DNA from: Obrimoposthia wandeli
Taxonomy: Eukaryota
Direction: 5' to 3'
NCBI GenBank assembly: GCA_977020255.1
Contig: CDROCS010004055.1
Coordinates: 124,001 to 188,000 of the forward strand
Length of the DNA stretch: 64,000 bases
The position numbers and the translations under genes were made by a program. Below the pieces are notes generated by a model. The model was given only the letters and a program-made list of their open reading frames with translations. It was not told the DNA's origin and ran no database searches. This document shows, one piece after another, positions 63,501 to 64,000 of the stretch. Each line of letters begins with the position of its first letter. The stretch's first letter is position 1.

Positions 63501-64000
63501 ATATCGTCATAATAAAAAATCAATGTTTGAACAAACCGGACATTTTCAGCGACTGAATGCGTTTTTATAATGTAATTTAAATAAATGTATCCCCTTTTCT
63601 TGTCTTTTCAACAACTTGTAACAGAATCCGTACACTCCATATTGGATTCAATCACTCATGACACGATGCAGCTTATGAGATTGTTCAGTAATCACAAAAT
63701 CTTCATAATATTTTAGAAAAAATACTTCACTACTTTTATTATGATATATATGAGATGTTCTGTAAATTGCAACGATTTTCCAAGAAAGTGTTTTTTGTTC
63801 TATGTTTGTAAAAAAAAAGATTGGTGTCATGAAAAGTCAATAGTATCAGAGCAATCGTATGCAGATATAAGCAAACGAAATTAATCAGCAGGGTGTCGAA
63901 ATCCAAAATAGCTGAAGATCTCGGGAAATTGCTATTAGACAAGCTGGGTCAAAATCCGTACATTACTCTTAGAGATATGGCTCAATTTATCGGGTCTCGC
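54522..64000 (+). repeat. Tandem array of ~1,145-bp units (>8 copies, runs off window), each a dead IS630/Tc1-like transposase gene
   Basis: Marker GTGTCGAAATCC at 54729, 55874, 57019, ~58168, ~59308, 60457, ~61609, ~62749, ~63894. Unit encodes HTH-like NPYITLRD, then DE, HDNV and SPY...NPI motifs with shared stops. Confidence 0.93.

Noticed and set aside
54729-63942. Multigene family of 60-90-aa proteins on both strands
   Set aside because: Fragments and antisense shadows of one broken transposase repeated in tandem.

Overview
AT-rich eukaryotic (metazoan-type) DNA that is almost entirely mobile elements; no bacterial features. (1) 1-5372: right part of a Polinton/Maverick (adintovirus-type) element. 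Structural genes are on the minus strand: minor capsid, integrase+chromodomain, packaging ATPase and small virion ORFs. It also carries a spliced TBP-like gene and two paralogous orphan ORFs. It is inserted into an older pPolB remnant. (2) 6846-13525: decayed BEL/Pao LTR retrotransposon. Its leader holds four intronless host-mRNA fragments (eEF1B-gamma, BiP, glutamate dehydrogenase, ubiquitin), with ubiquitin in frame with gag. (3) 13.5-22 kb: Tc1, mariner, MULE, hAT and 18S rRNA debris. (4) 22335-33073: a 10.7-kb non-coding foldback element with Polinton-type AGT termini, a perfect 6-bp TSD (TTCTAT), ~1.3-kb TIRs carrying 63-bp hairpins, a nested inner inverted repeat and two satellite arrays. 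(5) 33597-~43500: a second, syntenic, degraded Polinton (ATPase, INT, minor capsid, MCP, adenain, DEDD/Maelstrom-like nuclease, intron-containing pPolB), truncated on the right. (6) 44.5-47.6 kb: probable host exons, followed by piggyBac debris. (7) 54.5 kb to the window end: a ~1,145-bp macrosatellite made of a dead IS630/Tc1-like transposase gene, with a 3-unit higher-order pattern. All assignments are by eye from motifs; no database searches were run.
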